A stretch of 62,050 nt of DNA, the filler included, from Sphacelaria rigidula (lineage: Eukaryota), in the NCBI GenBank assembly GCA_964200075.2. It is 4 parts of 4 records of this genome, joined end to end, with 100 filler letters (N's around TTAATTAATTAA, not from the genome) between each part and the next. Parts side by side here need not be neighbours in the genome. Positions count along the whole stretch, not along the records: positions 15,544 to 30,983 come from CAXNAA020001745.1; positions 31,084 to 46,522 come from CAXNAA020001746.1; 2 more parts are not named here. The stretch is one strand, 5' to 3'. Below are positions 26,330 to 40,216 of this stretch, in pieces (the stretch's first letter is position 1; each line of letters begins with the position of its first letter). The position numbers and the translations under genes were made by a program. The notes below the pieces were generated by a model, which did not search any database, had not been told where the DNA came from, and saw nothing but the letters and a program-made list of their open reading frames with translations.

Positions 26330-27839
26330 AAACGCCGAACATGAGTCAATCCACTAGGAACCTAGCCATGGTTGCAAGAAAGACGCATCTGATAAAGCTC
26401 CAGAGCGCGCACGCAACTGCCAACACCATGAGATGCGGTTCTGCCCATCGGGACATCTAGTGGGGATGATCTTGCAGCCAAGACCTTGACACCGTCGTTT
26501 GCGTTGCGTTCAGCTCGTGTGAGCTGTAGGAGGTTGCGGCCTTAACCCTTTTGTATTTAACACTTGATGTCTTGGTGTACTATTTGCGATCCACGAGAAC
26601 CCAAGCTGATGCTGTCGCTTCATGTACACTCAAACACGACGACAACTACGGGTACGTGACACTCCACACCGAACTCCAATCAAAAGCTATCGTAAGAGGG
26701 CGATTTCCAAGCTCGTATCTAGCATCTAGTCCACCCCGCTATTGTCGGACCATCTATTCTGCGTGGAGCGACAGCGAAATATACGGCAAGCAATCTCTTC
26801 GAGTCATAACCAGTGAGTGACGAACAAACAAAAACTGCCGCTAAGCCTATTTGCAGTCTTGAAAAACAAATACAAGAACCGCCAAAATTGCTACACCAGT
26901 CGCGACCAACCAGTCCTTCGGGAAAACGGCGATCTCCAAATCAAACGGATGTATAGTAGCCCGTCACCACACCTGTCCTACGAGAGCATTATTGTTGCAG
27001 TCGATTGCTTCATCTACGTTTGGCAATGCCCGAATGTGTCAGACGGGAAGCAGCGCGGGTTCGTTCTCAGTTATCGCGTGCGTATTGGTCTACCTAACAT
27101 GCAACTTCATGCGATTACATGTCACATTGCGTGTATATGTACGTGTGTGTGCATGACTACAGTCGTTGCTAGTACGTCCCTCTCGAGGGGAGTGCGCGCG
27201 CTTTACGCGGCATGAACAACACATTCTTACAACTGTAACTGTTTCCGAAGTGTGAGTCGCCACGTGAGACTAGGCATGGGAACGAGAAGGCAGTAGGAAC
27301 ACCCCGGCACATCCTGCAAGTGCGAATCGTGTGGGGGTAGATTAGAGAGGCAAAACGGAAGGTAGTCTTCGGCCCATTTGCATTTGCGGAATATGACGCG
27401 ACCAGGGCAACAAGGCAACAGCACAGCACCTCTTGGCGGTCACGGAATATGAAACGGTGGGGGTGAAGAGTCGACGAGAGTAATTCCTTGGATAGTTCTT
27501 CATCGGAAAACACGGGGAAACCTGAATGAGAATCCTTGTCCCCCCAGTTGCCATGGCAGGGGACGAGACAGGATTGGACAGCACAAAGAATTCAGAAATA
27601 CGTCGGACCAAGAAAGGATAGGAATTTTCACCCTTGAGAGAACAACGTGACGGAGCAGGGGTCCCCGCTCCGTGCTATCCCAACAACAATTGCAAGCGTA
27701 GTGCTATCCCGTCCTCACAGAAAGACGTGGGCAAACCCCCCAAACCTGAAGTTTTGATATCAGAATTTCATGCGCGCGGCGGTTCCACGCATTAACGGGC
27801 AAACAATCATCGGCTGCTAGGTACGACAGACGGCGAGAA

Positions 27840-28295
27840 TACTCAAATCGAACCACGAGAAGACCAATCACCGACACACAGAAGTACGCAGCGGGGTACC
27901 GAAGAAGCTGACACCCGATTAATAAGGCCATTCGGATACAAGAGCTGAGTATTAGCCAATCGAATACTCCGACATCCTGCGCAATCGCACCTGTGGATGC
28001 CACCTGTGGATGGGCCACAATTAGGATACTACGAGTGTCTATCGAGGACCCAACACCTCTTTACATTAGGGACACTATGTGGTGTAACTCTGATAACCAA
28101 ATGGCCAGAAGGTCTTTGATGGTCTTCCTGCGGAGAACTACGCCTTGGATGTCGAACATACGCAAACGACACGTAAAAAGAAGAGGTGCACGAAACATCC
28201 CGACCTCTAGCCAGCGACGAAGAATTTGCCTCTACACACCTTTCGTCACAAAAACGCAAAAAAGGCTAAAAACTGGGGGAAGTAATGTGGATACT
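27840..28295 (+). pseudogene. Degenerate Ty1/Copia RNase H followed by polypurine tract and probable 3' LTR start
   Basis: Ordered remnants TTRRPIT, IEDPTPLY, DNQMA, RRT and NIPTSSQ resemble Copia RNase H (TRRSxTG, PTxxYxDNqxA, RTKH, IPTxxQxAD); followed by ggggggaag and TGTGG at ~28275-28290. Confidence 0.5.
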
Positions 28296-30983
28296 GCCCT
28301 ACAGAAGGATACACTTGTCATAGGTGTGGAGGACTCATCCTTTTCACACGTACCTCGATCTCATGTTTCAAACTCGATGCGTCAACCCTGCCTGCCATGT
28401 CGAAGAAACAGGTCTGTCTACTGACATATCTCGACGAGCTCGTTGCAACGACACGGATGTCGGCACCGCGAGCGCCGTCGCTGCCGTAAAGAGTCAGGTT
28501 ACAGAACGGTATGTCCGAGAGTGCGGCAAGACGGCGTGTTATGATATCAATTGATCTCAAAAGCTACCGGGCGGAAACCTCAAACACAACAAAAGTAAAC
28601 GAGCAACACCCAAGGTAAGAATAAGAGAACATCCCACGGCATTTACGTTTCCAAACACATATTTGTGCTCATAGAGGTGTCAAATTTCCGGTGATAATGT
28701 ATCGGAGACCCATCCCGTTGACAGGAAGCAGCCAAAAACATTCCATAGGCACAGGCCGGGGGAAAACAGGACGGGATCGGAATGGGACAAAACCTGAGCC
28801 CCTGAGAAAACGGTGGGGGAGGACAGAAAGTTACTTTCCATCCCGCCCCATCCCGCGGAGATTGCCGTGCTACATTATATCCCCCGCGTGCAACGCTATG
28901 ATGGATTTGCACTCGTAACAATCAAAAGATCGGGTCCCAGGGCGCATTTCCGCTGCGGTCACGTGATATCCCGTAGCTGTCGGACACCACTTTGAGGTTG
29001 TTTCTCGTCATGTTCAGGTACTCACCAAGGTGCAGGTACATCTATCTGCAGGGTTTGCCGCCCACGTGCAGGTATCACGTCATCTCAGCCAATGTATGGC
29101 ATACTTCCTAGAGTTGTATTTCGAATGGTTCAAGAACTGCACGCGTATACCAGACTGTGATTAAGCTCTAGCTGTCTTCAGGAAAGTAAAGGAGCGGCCA
29201 TTTCGTCGCGAAACACCTGGATGACGAACGGAGCCTTGATTCTACCGTCCAACAAAAAAGTTGGCTTACGACACGGTATCGGATTGGACGTCACACCCTC
29301 ATTCCTGCAGTGTACTAGACAACGGACAATGCCATATCGTTATGGTTTGAACATTCAAAATCCAACATTCAAAATCCTGGGAAAAAACACACGGCGATAT
29401 TTGGCTAGTAGTCGTAACCTCGTCGTAGGCTGCCCATCTCACTTCAGGAGAATCCAACAAACTCCGGCCGTTTCAAATGCTAGTATTGTTCTGTCGTTAT
29501 CTCTTCGCCATATGCAGCTGCCGGCCCAGCGTCGTGAAATGGACCACCTTGTAGGCTATGCACGCGGATTCACAGTCCGAAAAATTCACATCCCATTGAT
29601 CGTGTTGCTTGATTGTCCCACATTCACTGATCGACGAGGAACCAAGGTGTGGTTTTCTACTCGCAAGAAGTCCGAATGGCCACCTGCGGCACCGGATCTT
29701 CTGAGGTTAGCCATATGTATTTTCTTTCTTCTTTATTATTTATCCCTGTTTTGCTTGTATCGCGTTTTGTGAGTTTAATCTAGGTCTATTTTGTGTTTTT
29801 GGTTTTTGCTAGCCTGTGACCACGGAAGGCGTCCGCATTAGGTGCCCAGTATGAATGTGCCGAGCATATATCGAAACGGTTTTAAATGTAAAGACAACAA
29901 CAACAACAACAACAACCACAACAGAAGACCAAAATCGGGCTGAGCCCCTTCTCTGGATTCTTGCCAGGAAGCCGATACTGTACACTCACTTCCATTTATG
30001 TGAAACAGTACCACAACATGGTATGAAAATATCAGCGAAAGTGATGGGCAAGAAAGGTCATCCCTTTTTTGGCCCCTTGATGAGTCGTCCCAGGCACCAA
30101 TCAAAATATTGCCGAACAACATCGGCAAGGCCCGCCTACAGCACGTGCACGCCCCATCAAATACGCGACACCGCTCAGCTTACCATCACCAGCAGTGTAT
30201 TGACGACATACGTGTATAAGTGACTGCGCGAGAACCACTGCCGCACTGTCGAAAATTATTTTACTCCGAGATGAAACATGGTTGTGACCGCCGACCACGC
30301 ACGAGGAATTTTGACACTCCCGCCGTGCGTGGCAAAGCGCAATCAACGACCTAACGGGCCCACACCTTCTTGCTTATATGAAGGCGGTGTCCCTTTCTCT
30401 CGGAACTACTCCGACCTCAAGCAGAAAAATACAAAAAAAATGGCCTGTAGGCACAAGGGCGCTCAAGGGTGGTTGAGCCTTGGCCGAGGTTCATGTGACT
30501 CAGTAGCCGGCCAGGTCTGTATCCATCACCTGTTCGTGCGCTGTGATGATCAGAACTGGGTGGTAAATGTTTCAAAGAGTAGCAGTGGATGCCGTTTTCA
30601 GCTGCACAACAGTCCTTGCGTGGCTTTCTGACGTATACACCCTGTAGACTCGACCGCGCGTTAATCCTCGGAGGTGGTGATGAGGTGACGCTAGCTAAAG
30701 CCTAACGTAGCTCTGTTGTACAGACGGGTTCACGTTCATGTCCAACACATTACTCACCCGCAAGTGTTCACGCCTATTCTAGGAGATAGAATCTGAAAAA
30801 ATGCAAACATATACTATGGGACATTAAGAAACTTGAAATCGGCGGGGTTTTACTCATACTTATTTTCCGACGGTCATCGGGGCCACAGGGTCCTGGGGAT
30901 TGACATGCGCTTCTGACACTTTCTACGATAGCCCTCCCCAAGAAAGTGCATGGTTTTGGGAGGCAAAATCTTGACGTAAATCG

Positions 30984-31083
30984 NNNNNNNNNNNNNNNNN
31001 NNNNNNNNNNNNNNNNNNNNNNNNNNNTTAATTAATTAANNNNNNNNNNNNNNNNNNNNNNNNNNNNNNNNNNNNNNNNNNNN
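30984..31083. other. Artificial contig linker (44N-TTAATTAATTAA-44N)
   Basis: Same 100-nt linker. Confidence 0.97.
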
Positions 31084-31600
31084 GAACAACCCGCATACTG
31101 CCCAAATCGCGTCGGTTCGCCAGCAAGGTCGCCCCGCCCCCGCCCCCGCCTCCGCCCCCCCCCCCGCCCCCGCCCCCCCTACCCCCCTGTTGTTGTGCCA
31201 CTTGCTCGCGATGCAAATGTTGCAAGTGTTGCTGATGTTGATGGTGGTGCCGTAAGTGTAGTGCGTTTTGATGCTCGCGCGCAGCGGCGGCAGCTGCGGC
31301 GGCGCCAGCCGCATCCGTGTCCTTTTGCTTTGCCCGCTGCTTCTTTTTGTTCTCGTTTTTGATGACTGCTTCCTTGTCGACCGCCGCGAACGCGTGCGGG
31401 TCGTCCGAGTATTCCGAGCGACAGGCCGGGCACCGGTTGGTGTAGTTTTCCTTGATGCGGTGCCAGCACCACATGCACAGGCGGTACCCGCACGGGCACG
31501 GCAGGAAGTTTCGGTCCGAGATGTCCATGGGCTCGCAGCAGAGCGGGCAAACTGCATCATCCCCATCGTCGGAGTCGTACAAGACGTTCTCGTTGGACAT
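31084..31600 (-). CDS. CNOT4: CCR4-NOT subunit 4 (NOT4/CNOT4) E3 ubiquitin ligase, first exon, truncated by contig end
   Basis: C4C4 RING CPLCCEPMDISDRNFLPCPCGYRLCMWCWHRIKENYTNRCPACRSEY, then a coiled coil, a His/Gln/Gly linker and NRRDLGSMRVV(Q), the start of the Not4 RRM. Confidence 0.95.
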
Positions 31601-33043
31601 GACTCTGATGCTGGTGGTATCGGAGTTATTGCTGCTGCTACGGGTGCGGGCGACGCCCTCCAGCCACGATAACTGTCACCCAATCCGGGATACAGAGAGC
31701 GAGAGGGTAGACGAGAGGCAAACAGGGTTTCAAGATGGTGCATACAGCCCGTCAAGTACACAGGATACTGTGTGCAATAGAGTGGAGACAGACGGAAAGG
31801 ATATAAACGATCCCAAACTGTCTCGCGCTTTACTGTATTGTACAACCATTCTGCACTATCGTGGAAAGCCTACAGTAACGTAGTTGAAAAGACGGTTCAC
31901 CCATACAGTACAGTATAGTCAGCGTATGTCAGTGAGGGATGTGACCTGGGTCGCAACTGACAAGCCATCCGAATGACATTTCGACCCAGTTTTCGCAGCG
32001 TGAAGAAGATGTGAAACGAGTGTACGTATATTCTGATAAAACTCGAGAGGTGGGTACAAAGCCTCAGGCGGCGGAAGCGCGATAAAAGACAGCTTCAAAT
32101 GCGAGAGGTCAAACTCGCTCCGAGCGACTAGAGATGACGAAAAAGAGCCAAGCACGCAACCTGCTTTTACGACCCGTCATCACGCACAGGCCAATACCGC
32201 CCCTGCGGAACACATTACATTTTTCATTTGATATTAAAAGGGCTGGGATAGACCGACGTGAGGCAATGTGTCTCTCTCCGTCTGTGTATGTCCTCGGGGC
32301 AAAAACCTCCCACATCAAAGCGCCCAAAGGAGAACTCTCCACCGCACGCAATCAGCACGGCAGACTACTCTAGATAAACCGGTGGGCCGCAAAGCCCCCA
32401 AGAAGTACAACGGAACAACCCTGAACGCGCCAAATTTACCAGAAAACAAGATGTCCAGAGTGATGAAGTGAAGGGCCTGTGGTCTGGCCAAGGTCCAGAG
32501 GGTGGCTCGGCCGGCAATTGTGAGCAACAGGAAGAGAATTCGGACGTGACTGAAAGTACAGTATTCGCACAACAGATGATACCCACCTGTTGCCGCGCGA
32601 CGTCGCGATGAATCCCAGGGCGTGCTGTTTGGCACACCGAACGGGTATCCTTGGGTTCAATCGATCTCTTCTTCTCCCCCTTCTTTCCAATACAGTATTT
32701 GGTGTGGGTGCAGCGTGCCTGCCACGAGGAGTTCCACATAACTCCACGTACGTCTGATGTACTTAATAATGACCGAATCTTTTGTGTACACAGTTACCCA
32801 CCACAGCGATGAAGGAGCTGAAGGGCTATATCAGCGACAGCTAGGTCAACTGCAGTCGAGGGCGGAGTACTAGTATTTCTATCTCGGTTTTCTGTCCGAG
32901 AGATTCGGTGCAGTCAGTTGTTCCCTTGTCTTCATTCAGCGTACTGAGAACAAAGGGTGGGTGTATACCGTCCAACGCAGGCACGAGAGGAAGCAAGAAC
33001 AAACCTGAGAACTCCTATCGCTGCAGCTAACGAGGGACTAATC

Positions 33044-33375
33044 ATGGCGACCACACCACTAGCAACGATCGAAACACAGCATGACGACATGATCCACGAC
33101 ACGCAGCTAGACTACTACGGAAAGCGCCTCGCCACAGCCTCCAGCGACCGCACGATCAGAGTGTTCGAGATTATCGGCGATAATCAGCCCGCACAGAGTC
33201 AAGTCATCCGAGGGCACGAGGGCCCGGTGTGGCAGGTGGCCTGGTCTCATCCAAAGTTCGGCGTGCTGCTGGCGTCTTGCTCCTACGACGGAACAGCGAT
33301 CATTCACCGAGAATCCCCACCCGGGACGTGGAGCACTGTGCATAAGCATGACCGTCACCAGTCAAGCATCAACAG
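33044..33375 (+). CDS. SEC13: SEC13 (COPII coat / nucleoporin WD40 protein) exon 1
   Basis: ATG at 33044; [33 protein letters not shown]...[26 protein letters not shown]; donor AACAG|gtggag, phase 2. Confidence 0.96.
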
Positions 33376-34044
33376 GTGGAGTTTTAGGTGTCTTGATTTC
33401 TGCCAAGTTGGACGATGGTCAAACGCGAAACCGGTCGCATTGACGCGCGATTTGCTCTACCCCGCACGAGTCGATGTTCCTGTAGCTGCGTTTAGTGGGC
33501 TTCAAGAGTCAAAAGTTGAGGAACGTCAATTTGGCGTTGGCTCTCATTCCTTACTTTGACGGTATGTTCCGACTGCATTGATTGAATGAAAGTCTCTTAT
33601 TCTTACTGTATGATCCGCCTGAGAACGAGCTCGGGTTTCCTCAGGCTCTCGCTTTTTATGCGTATTTTACCTGAAAACAAGTTGTGTCTCGTTCAAAAAG
33701 GGTCGTTTTGAAGCGGAAACCCCACCGAGGCGTTTCAATTACTCGGTTTCAGTCTAGAAAACCCGTAAGTCATGCAAATTATATGCGCCCATATGAAGCA
33801 AAAACCTAGATATCCTAACGAATTATTTCTCGACTACACGTCACGTGTACCAATAGATGTCTCTAAACAGCACTATCATCACTGTCAGACTCGAAACTCA
33901 AAATCTGAGTGTCGAGTGTTGTGGCCCGGGCGTTCATGAGGTATACCATGTAACTTGGCTGGACCTCGTCAATCATCACTGTACTTGGCATTATGAACCT
34001 CACTAGCACTTGTTGTCCAACGGTGAGATCTACCATAATTGCCG

Positions 34045-36355
34045 AGTAGGGGAGGGTCTTGGCACATCATTTTTCGATCGGAAAAATGCCGTGGAAATGC
34101 ATACCCCAGCAATCTTGTGGTATTTTATCACCCGCCGTGTTCACAGATCGAACCAGGCAAACCCACCCACAACACTTATTCCCAGCTATACCACCACAAC
34201 CCTGCAGGAAAGAGTACGGGTTGGGAAATTCCGATCTAAGGTCGTTTCTTCTGGTTCGTATTTTCCCCTCGTATTTCGCAAAAAACGGGGAGAAAATACA
34301 AGATAGCTACTTACGGTTCGTATTTTCACAAGATTCTCGGGGCGAAAATACGAGACGAGGAAATGTTCTACGAGACGAGACCGACTTGTATTTTTCTCTC
34401 GTATTTTTCATTCGCCGCGGCGGCGAGACTAGCAACGCCCCCCAGCCCTGAAGATGTTTGTGCCCTTCGTCATAGCGGGGTTCTCCTGGCAGCAATGTCG
34501 AACATCCTGAGCGCAATTTACACACTACACCAACTTTGCTTCGCCATCCCGGCACACACAAGATGTCGTCAGGGGTTGATGATATATTGGCATCGACCGT
34601 AATCTCGAGAACCTCGAGCGCGGGCAGTACCCTGCACAGAGATTACAGGATACTGTCTGTGCTGTCTCATGCAGTGAGTTGTAGGTGTCAGTTTGCACTC
34701 AACAGTCGCACGCACGGCTGTAGTAAAAATGGTGCGGACAACGTAAGATTTGTGGACAACACTAGGCAGTTCTGTACTGTCCACACTGCCCCAGTGAACA
34801 GTAGGATGCAGATGCCGTGTTGCACCCAACGGCTGCCGAAAATGATCTAGGCGACGTGCAGTGCAGACAGTACAATGCTTGTCTGCCGCATTCAAGAGGA
34901 GGTGCAGATGCCAGTTTGCCAGTAATGTACAACGGCTGCATTAAATATTATGTGAATAAGGTGCAGTACAGACAGAACTAAGCAGTACAACAGTACTGCC
35001 TGTACTGCCGCAGACGGTAGTATATAATATACCCCGGCTGCACTAAAATTCGTGTGGAGGAGTGGAGTACAGACAGTCCTAGACAGTAGCACTGTCATGG
35101 GGGTGGATGAAGGCCTTACCGACCAAAAATCCGTTGTCAACAAAAAAAGTATGAACGCGGAGGGGCATTGAAGACGTGGTGAAGACGTCATTGACTGGTC
35201 GGACCTGTGCCGAACCTATGCCCAACAGAACACACGCTACACCCGAAGTTACCTAGGTTTAGTATGTGACAGCTGTAATTTTTCATGGCATAGTTCTCGA
35301 GACAGAAAGCAAACCGGCCCGTGGCACTTGACAGGCCCCCGCACACACACTAGCTTTTTTCAGTGCTGCAGCGGATTTGCTCAATTCGCCACAGCGGATC
35401 CAAAAGCCGCCGAACGTCGAAGAAAACGCGCCTTCCAGTATATTTCAGCGGTTTGCAAGTGCTGCGGGCTCCGCGGTACGTTGTACGGAAAGCCGCCGCG
35501 CCACTGAATAGTTCTGGTGTGTCGGAAGCGCTTGCATCAAACCGTAGTCCAATCCTCTACTTCGTTGCCGAGATATATGCGTTGAAATATGGGCACAACA
35601 ACAACACGACCAGCAGCTCCTATCCTCCTGGTGTAACCCTGTGCACACTTGTACAGCAACGTCAGTCACAGGGTTTTTGTAAAATGTACTAATGCAATAA
35701 TACATTTTGTATGAGCGCCGTCGTCATGTCGAGTGGCGCGTGTACTTGTGATTGATACTGATTGGCTCATTTAGGTTTCATTTCTTCTGCATTCAACTGA
35801 CTGTAATTGATCGGTCCATTTTCCCTGTATTTAGTGCCCAAGATCGGGCACCATTCACCCCCATAACTGTCTGTACTGTCGCATACGGGATACGACAGTA
35901 TAGGATGAAGATGTCAGTTTGCGCACAGTCCGGGCTGGGCCAGCAGCGATCGGGGGGAGTCTATGTCCCGTCTTTTTACACCAACACAGGAAGCTTGGCA
36001 TGGCGAAGTATTTGAATCTTGGTACCTCGCCTTGGCCTGCACACCCCTATGGTTTTCGCTGATTGCACTTTCGGTGTCTCCCCGATTTTTTGGTACCCCC
36101 CAGCCCCTCCATAATGCATATGGAATCGTAAAGTAGGGTCAACATATCTCGTTGTATTCTCCTAGCGGTATTTTTCCTTGTATTTTTTTGCAGAAAACGA
36201 TGAGAAAATACGAACCGGGAGTAACGGCCTGATGGGTCATGATTTCAACTTTTACCGTAGTTTATGATGGTTGAAATCACGACTTATCAAATGAAAGTTT
36301 TGCTCTTCCACCACACACCTTGATCGAAAAGTAATGTGCTGAGACACGCCCTAAC
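34045..36355. mobile_element. ~2.3-kb non-autonomous DNA transposon-like element with long degenerate TIRs in SEC13 intron 1
   Basis: 34045-34100 is inverted at 36298-36355 (gatcgaaaa.t.atgtgc..agac); 34233-34302 is inverted at 36164-36232 (gaaaatacgaacc); local palindromes at 34255-34410. Confidence 0.6.
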
Positions 36356-39300
36356 GAACGAAATTTGTCTGGACAAGAAGTCTCAATCGCGTGTAGTTAC
36401 GCCGTATTTCACCCGAACGAAAAAAAACGCATGTGCAAGTGAAGTTGCCTTGTGATTGGTCGCGGCGACACCACCCCGCCCATCCAACAAAATAGATTCG
36501 AGTGTGAGGAGGCCTAAACCTGTTGAACGCCGTTCGCTTTCGTTCAAGGATAGTTTTTGTGGGCGTAGTGGGACGCCAGGAGGAAATGAGCACTTGGCAA
36601 CAATTACGCGAGAGCAGCGATTTTGGTCAATGGGCGTGTTACCCTGGTCGAGCTAGGCGGATGCGACTTCTTAACCCTTTTCCTATGACGCGTATATTAC
36701 ACCAGCTAATACTGCCAGGCTCGGTAGTGTTGGGGCGATGGGCACCCGCGCCACACCTATGCTCCCCACCACAGGGGCTCGTGAGGGCGACAAGCTCACT
36801 GCTGTAGTTTCATGCGCATCGCTCGTGTGTTAAAGTTGTGCTCGTCAATCGGCTGTCGAGGATAAGGGAGCGGGGAAATCGGCTTGGGCACAACATCAAG
36901 ACACCGCCCAACCACACCCGCAAAAGCCGCTCCCACAGCACCTTAATTTCCCAGCGAATGAGTACTCCACGCCGTTCAGCCGTTCAGCAAAACCTGGCTC
37001 TGTCAATCACATACATGTGCGCAATGGTTTTTCTCTCGTGTTGTCCTGAGATGGCAAAGGGTTCCCTGTCGTGACTTGTGGACAAATAACTACGACGCCC
37101 GGCATCTACATACAAGGAAACAGTCTTTTTTTCCAGGCGCTATCTCTTCTTTAACTAAGAACAACTATTCCGAAATCCACCCCAGCAAGAGTGTTCCTCT
37201 AGCGTCTCCCCAGAGGGCCGGACGTTCAGGCCCCCATGCACGAGTTGGCCGCAAATTTGCTTTTCGATCGGGGGTTAGGAATAGTTGTTATTGGTTGAGA
37301 AACAACGCCTACGTAATAAGGGCCGCTGCCACGCACATAACCCTCATCATGGACACTCGTGCACAAGCCACGGCCAGTGGCATTGCCGTCTCAGGAAGGC
37401 AATTTTTCAGCCCTGTTGCGCAAAGCAGTGAAATTTGAGCTCGCGTATGCCAATGCATCACATTGTGCATTAAGTGATGAAAACAACTGCACCTGTAACG
37501 ACCCCCAAAGCTCCGCGGTCAAAGGAGTGCACAGTACAGATACAAAATGTGTTATTGCGCAACAGAAGTAGTACGTGCATGTGGTGAACACACATGGCTA
37601 TTGCTGAGCATTGAACGCCGTAGGTTATTTGGTTGGGGGTGGGGGCGGGTGACATCATTTTTTTGTGCGAGGTGTGCGGCAAATTTCCCTCGACTCCTTC
37701 AACCAGTTGAGCAGGGCGAACACGGGTCGACGTACACGCGAGGAAACGCGCATGGAATCGTCTCAGGGAGCCTTTCCTCACCACAAGCTCTCGCCGCTCA
37801 AGCGAAAGCCCCTGCCGTTGAGAGATGCGACAGGGAAGGCGACGTCGGTCGGCTTTTGCGTTTTGAAACCCTTAGGAGCGGAAATGCCTCCCAGTCCCAC
37901 CCGCTGAACCGTGTCAGGCTGCCCCGATTCTACTGGTCAAGAATCCGAAGTCGATCATTTATTTCAGCGCCCACCCGGCCGCCTATTACAGCAGCCATCT
38001 ACGCCTACACTGTTGCCATCCTCCGAAATCTAGCGGGACCTGTTAAGGCCGAATTCTGGGAGCACATGGCCGCGGGCGCCTAAAGGTTAAAAAACAATCA
38101 CTGGAAATTCTAGAACGAGTTTAGAGTGAAAACGGGTCTGTGATTAGTTTCGGAGAGCTAGGAAATTCCCTGGGTTTGTCCGCATTCGAAAAGTTCAATA
38201 ATATTCACCAAAAGGCGTGAAAGGAGGCGGGTTCACGCGAAGCCGACGGCAAAACTCCGCAGTGGAACATATATATATATATATATTGTCATACTCTACC
38301 GCTAACGCTAACCCGAACCGTAACCAAAGGCATACCGTGAGCCCTCGAGCAAGGGGGTAAGCATAATGTCCGAGGCCAAGTCTGCGTTTTGAGAGCCCGA
38401 ATCGGCGCCACGGGCACCGATTTTGAGCGAAAATGCGTACTGCACACGCTTCGCGAGTGCTTGGGATTGTGAACTCTTCACAGATCCGAATATGATGGTG
38501 CACACTAGTATCAAGTCTCTTTTAAGAACAGAATTTTGTCGCAGAGTTCGCGTGAGAACTCTGCTCACCAGCACAGGTAACAGAGTGTGTGAGATGGGTT
38601 TGAGATTGCCCACGTGTTCCCGCCATTCGAGGGCGCGGCAGCATCGCGCACCCAGACACCCACAATATAAATAAAAAAAATCACGTGCGTTCACAGATGG
38701 CCCGATTGCCCACCAGAATACAAGGTGCTAAGGTCGAGTGAGTACAGATCAACAATATCGTGCGATTTTTCGGCCCCGAAGTGCGCAGTTGTGCGTGCGC
38801 GGTTTTTGCGAAAACAGTCGTTGCAATCTCACTTATTTACGGATGGAAGCAGTAGCGATGACCATCTGACAAACGAACACAAGATCCGGATCTGTCATAC
38901 AGGCTTATACTTGGCTTCCGCGACGCCTGGTTCCCTGGGAAGCAGGAGAAGCGTTTGCGCCGCGGCGTCGCACGCCGTGTCGCAACGCCCGTTTGTTCGT
39001 CGACGCAGGCACCGATTTGAGCAACAGCTACGCACATCCTACCTTGGGATCTGCGGCGCACTACAGTTGCCCGAGAGTTCATTGTGTGCCGTCGTTGGGG
39101 TTGATGTTGGTGTTATTGTGTAGTTGGGAGAAATGTCATGAAAATTCGTGTGGATCTGTCTTTTGTCAAGCCTGAGTATGGTAAACGGGTGATGGTAAAA
39201 AGGCCTCCCTTGAAGTCAACACAAGCACATCGTACACGGTTGGATAAGAGCTATATAGTGAGGGCTTTCGACTACTTCTGGCTGAGAGGTGCAGCTCTCT

Positions 39301-39439
39301 TGGCCAACTTGTGGAGCCCCTTGGATCGGCGGTGCTTCGTAAGCTGTTGTTGGTCTTTTTTGCCCTCAATGTCGTACATGCCTGAAGCATTTTCGATCCC
39401 GGTGAATGACGCAAACTGCAATATTGAAAAGTCGATCTA

Positions 39440-39600
39440 GATTGAGATTCAAAGTGAAGGTGAAATTTCCCGTCACGTACGCCTTTATGTTCGGTCTGGT
39501 ACAAGCGATCTTTGAAAAGCCCGGAAAGATTGTTCGAGAACGGTTCGGACTGCTGTTCAAGGTGGAGATGGCGCGGCTACCACGACCGTGCGCATGCCAA
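39440..39600 (+). pseudogene. Possible hAT transposase C-terminal dimerisation-domain remnant
   Basis: KFPVTYAFM followed ~20 codons later (frameshifted) by SPERLF; spacing resembles hAT FP...ERxFS. Confidence 0.3.
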
Positions 39601-39751
39601 CATCTGACAGATCGCACAGCACAACGCATAAGTGAAGCTTTGAGGTGCACTACCCTCGACTGAACAAACATGAGTCAACCGGTGGTTTTGGGGTGATTGA
39701 GCACGGTCCATCTGTGCGTCCCCGCGCCAACTACACCCAAAAACTTTCAAC

Positions 39752-40216
39752 CAAGACGAACTCTAATGGGAGCCGTTCAAAAATCCTGTTTAAAACTGCC
39801 TCTTGGGCCCTTCTCCGTCGTGTTACGCCTGAAAAGAGGAGGCGGATATTCACACCTTGGAATGACTTCCTCTACTCATTGAGACTGTTCCACGGCAACT
39901 TTGCATTTGCCGCTGGCTGCAATTTTATTTTTGGTCAAACACAGATTTTCAATAAAAAACCGTCAAGCGATAAAAAAACGGGGGGATTTCGATCATCTTA
40001 CCGTTTTTTACTGAAAATCCGTGTTTGACCTGGTTTGGCCAAACACAAAACTGCGGCCACCGAAAAACGGGAAGATGTCCTGGAACCGCCTCAACGAGTA
40101 GAGCAAGTCACTCCAGGGTGTCAACATCCACCTAGCCCTATTTTCAGGCGTAAATCGACGGAGAAAGGCAGTTTTCAACAGGAATTTTGAACTGCTCCCG
40201 TTAGAGTTCGCCTAGG
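39752..40216. mobile_element. ~460-bp MITE with ~135-bp TIRs
   Basis: cgaactctaatgggagccgttcaaaaatcctg...ctctactcattgag (39757-39890) is the reverse complement of 40080-40210. Confidence 0.85.

Noticed and set aside
32957-33559. 200-aa ORF as the full SEC13 N-terminus
   Set aside because: Homology starts at ATG 33044 and ends at the donor at 33375; the remainder is UTR and intron read-through.
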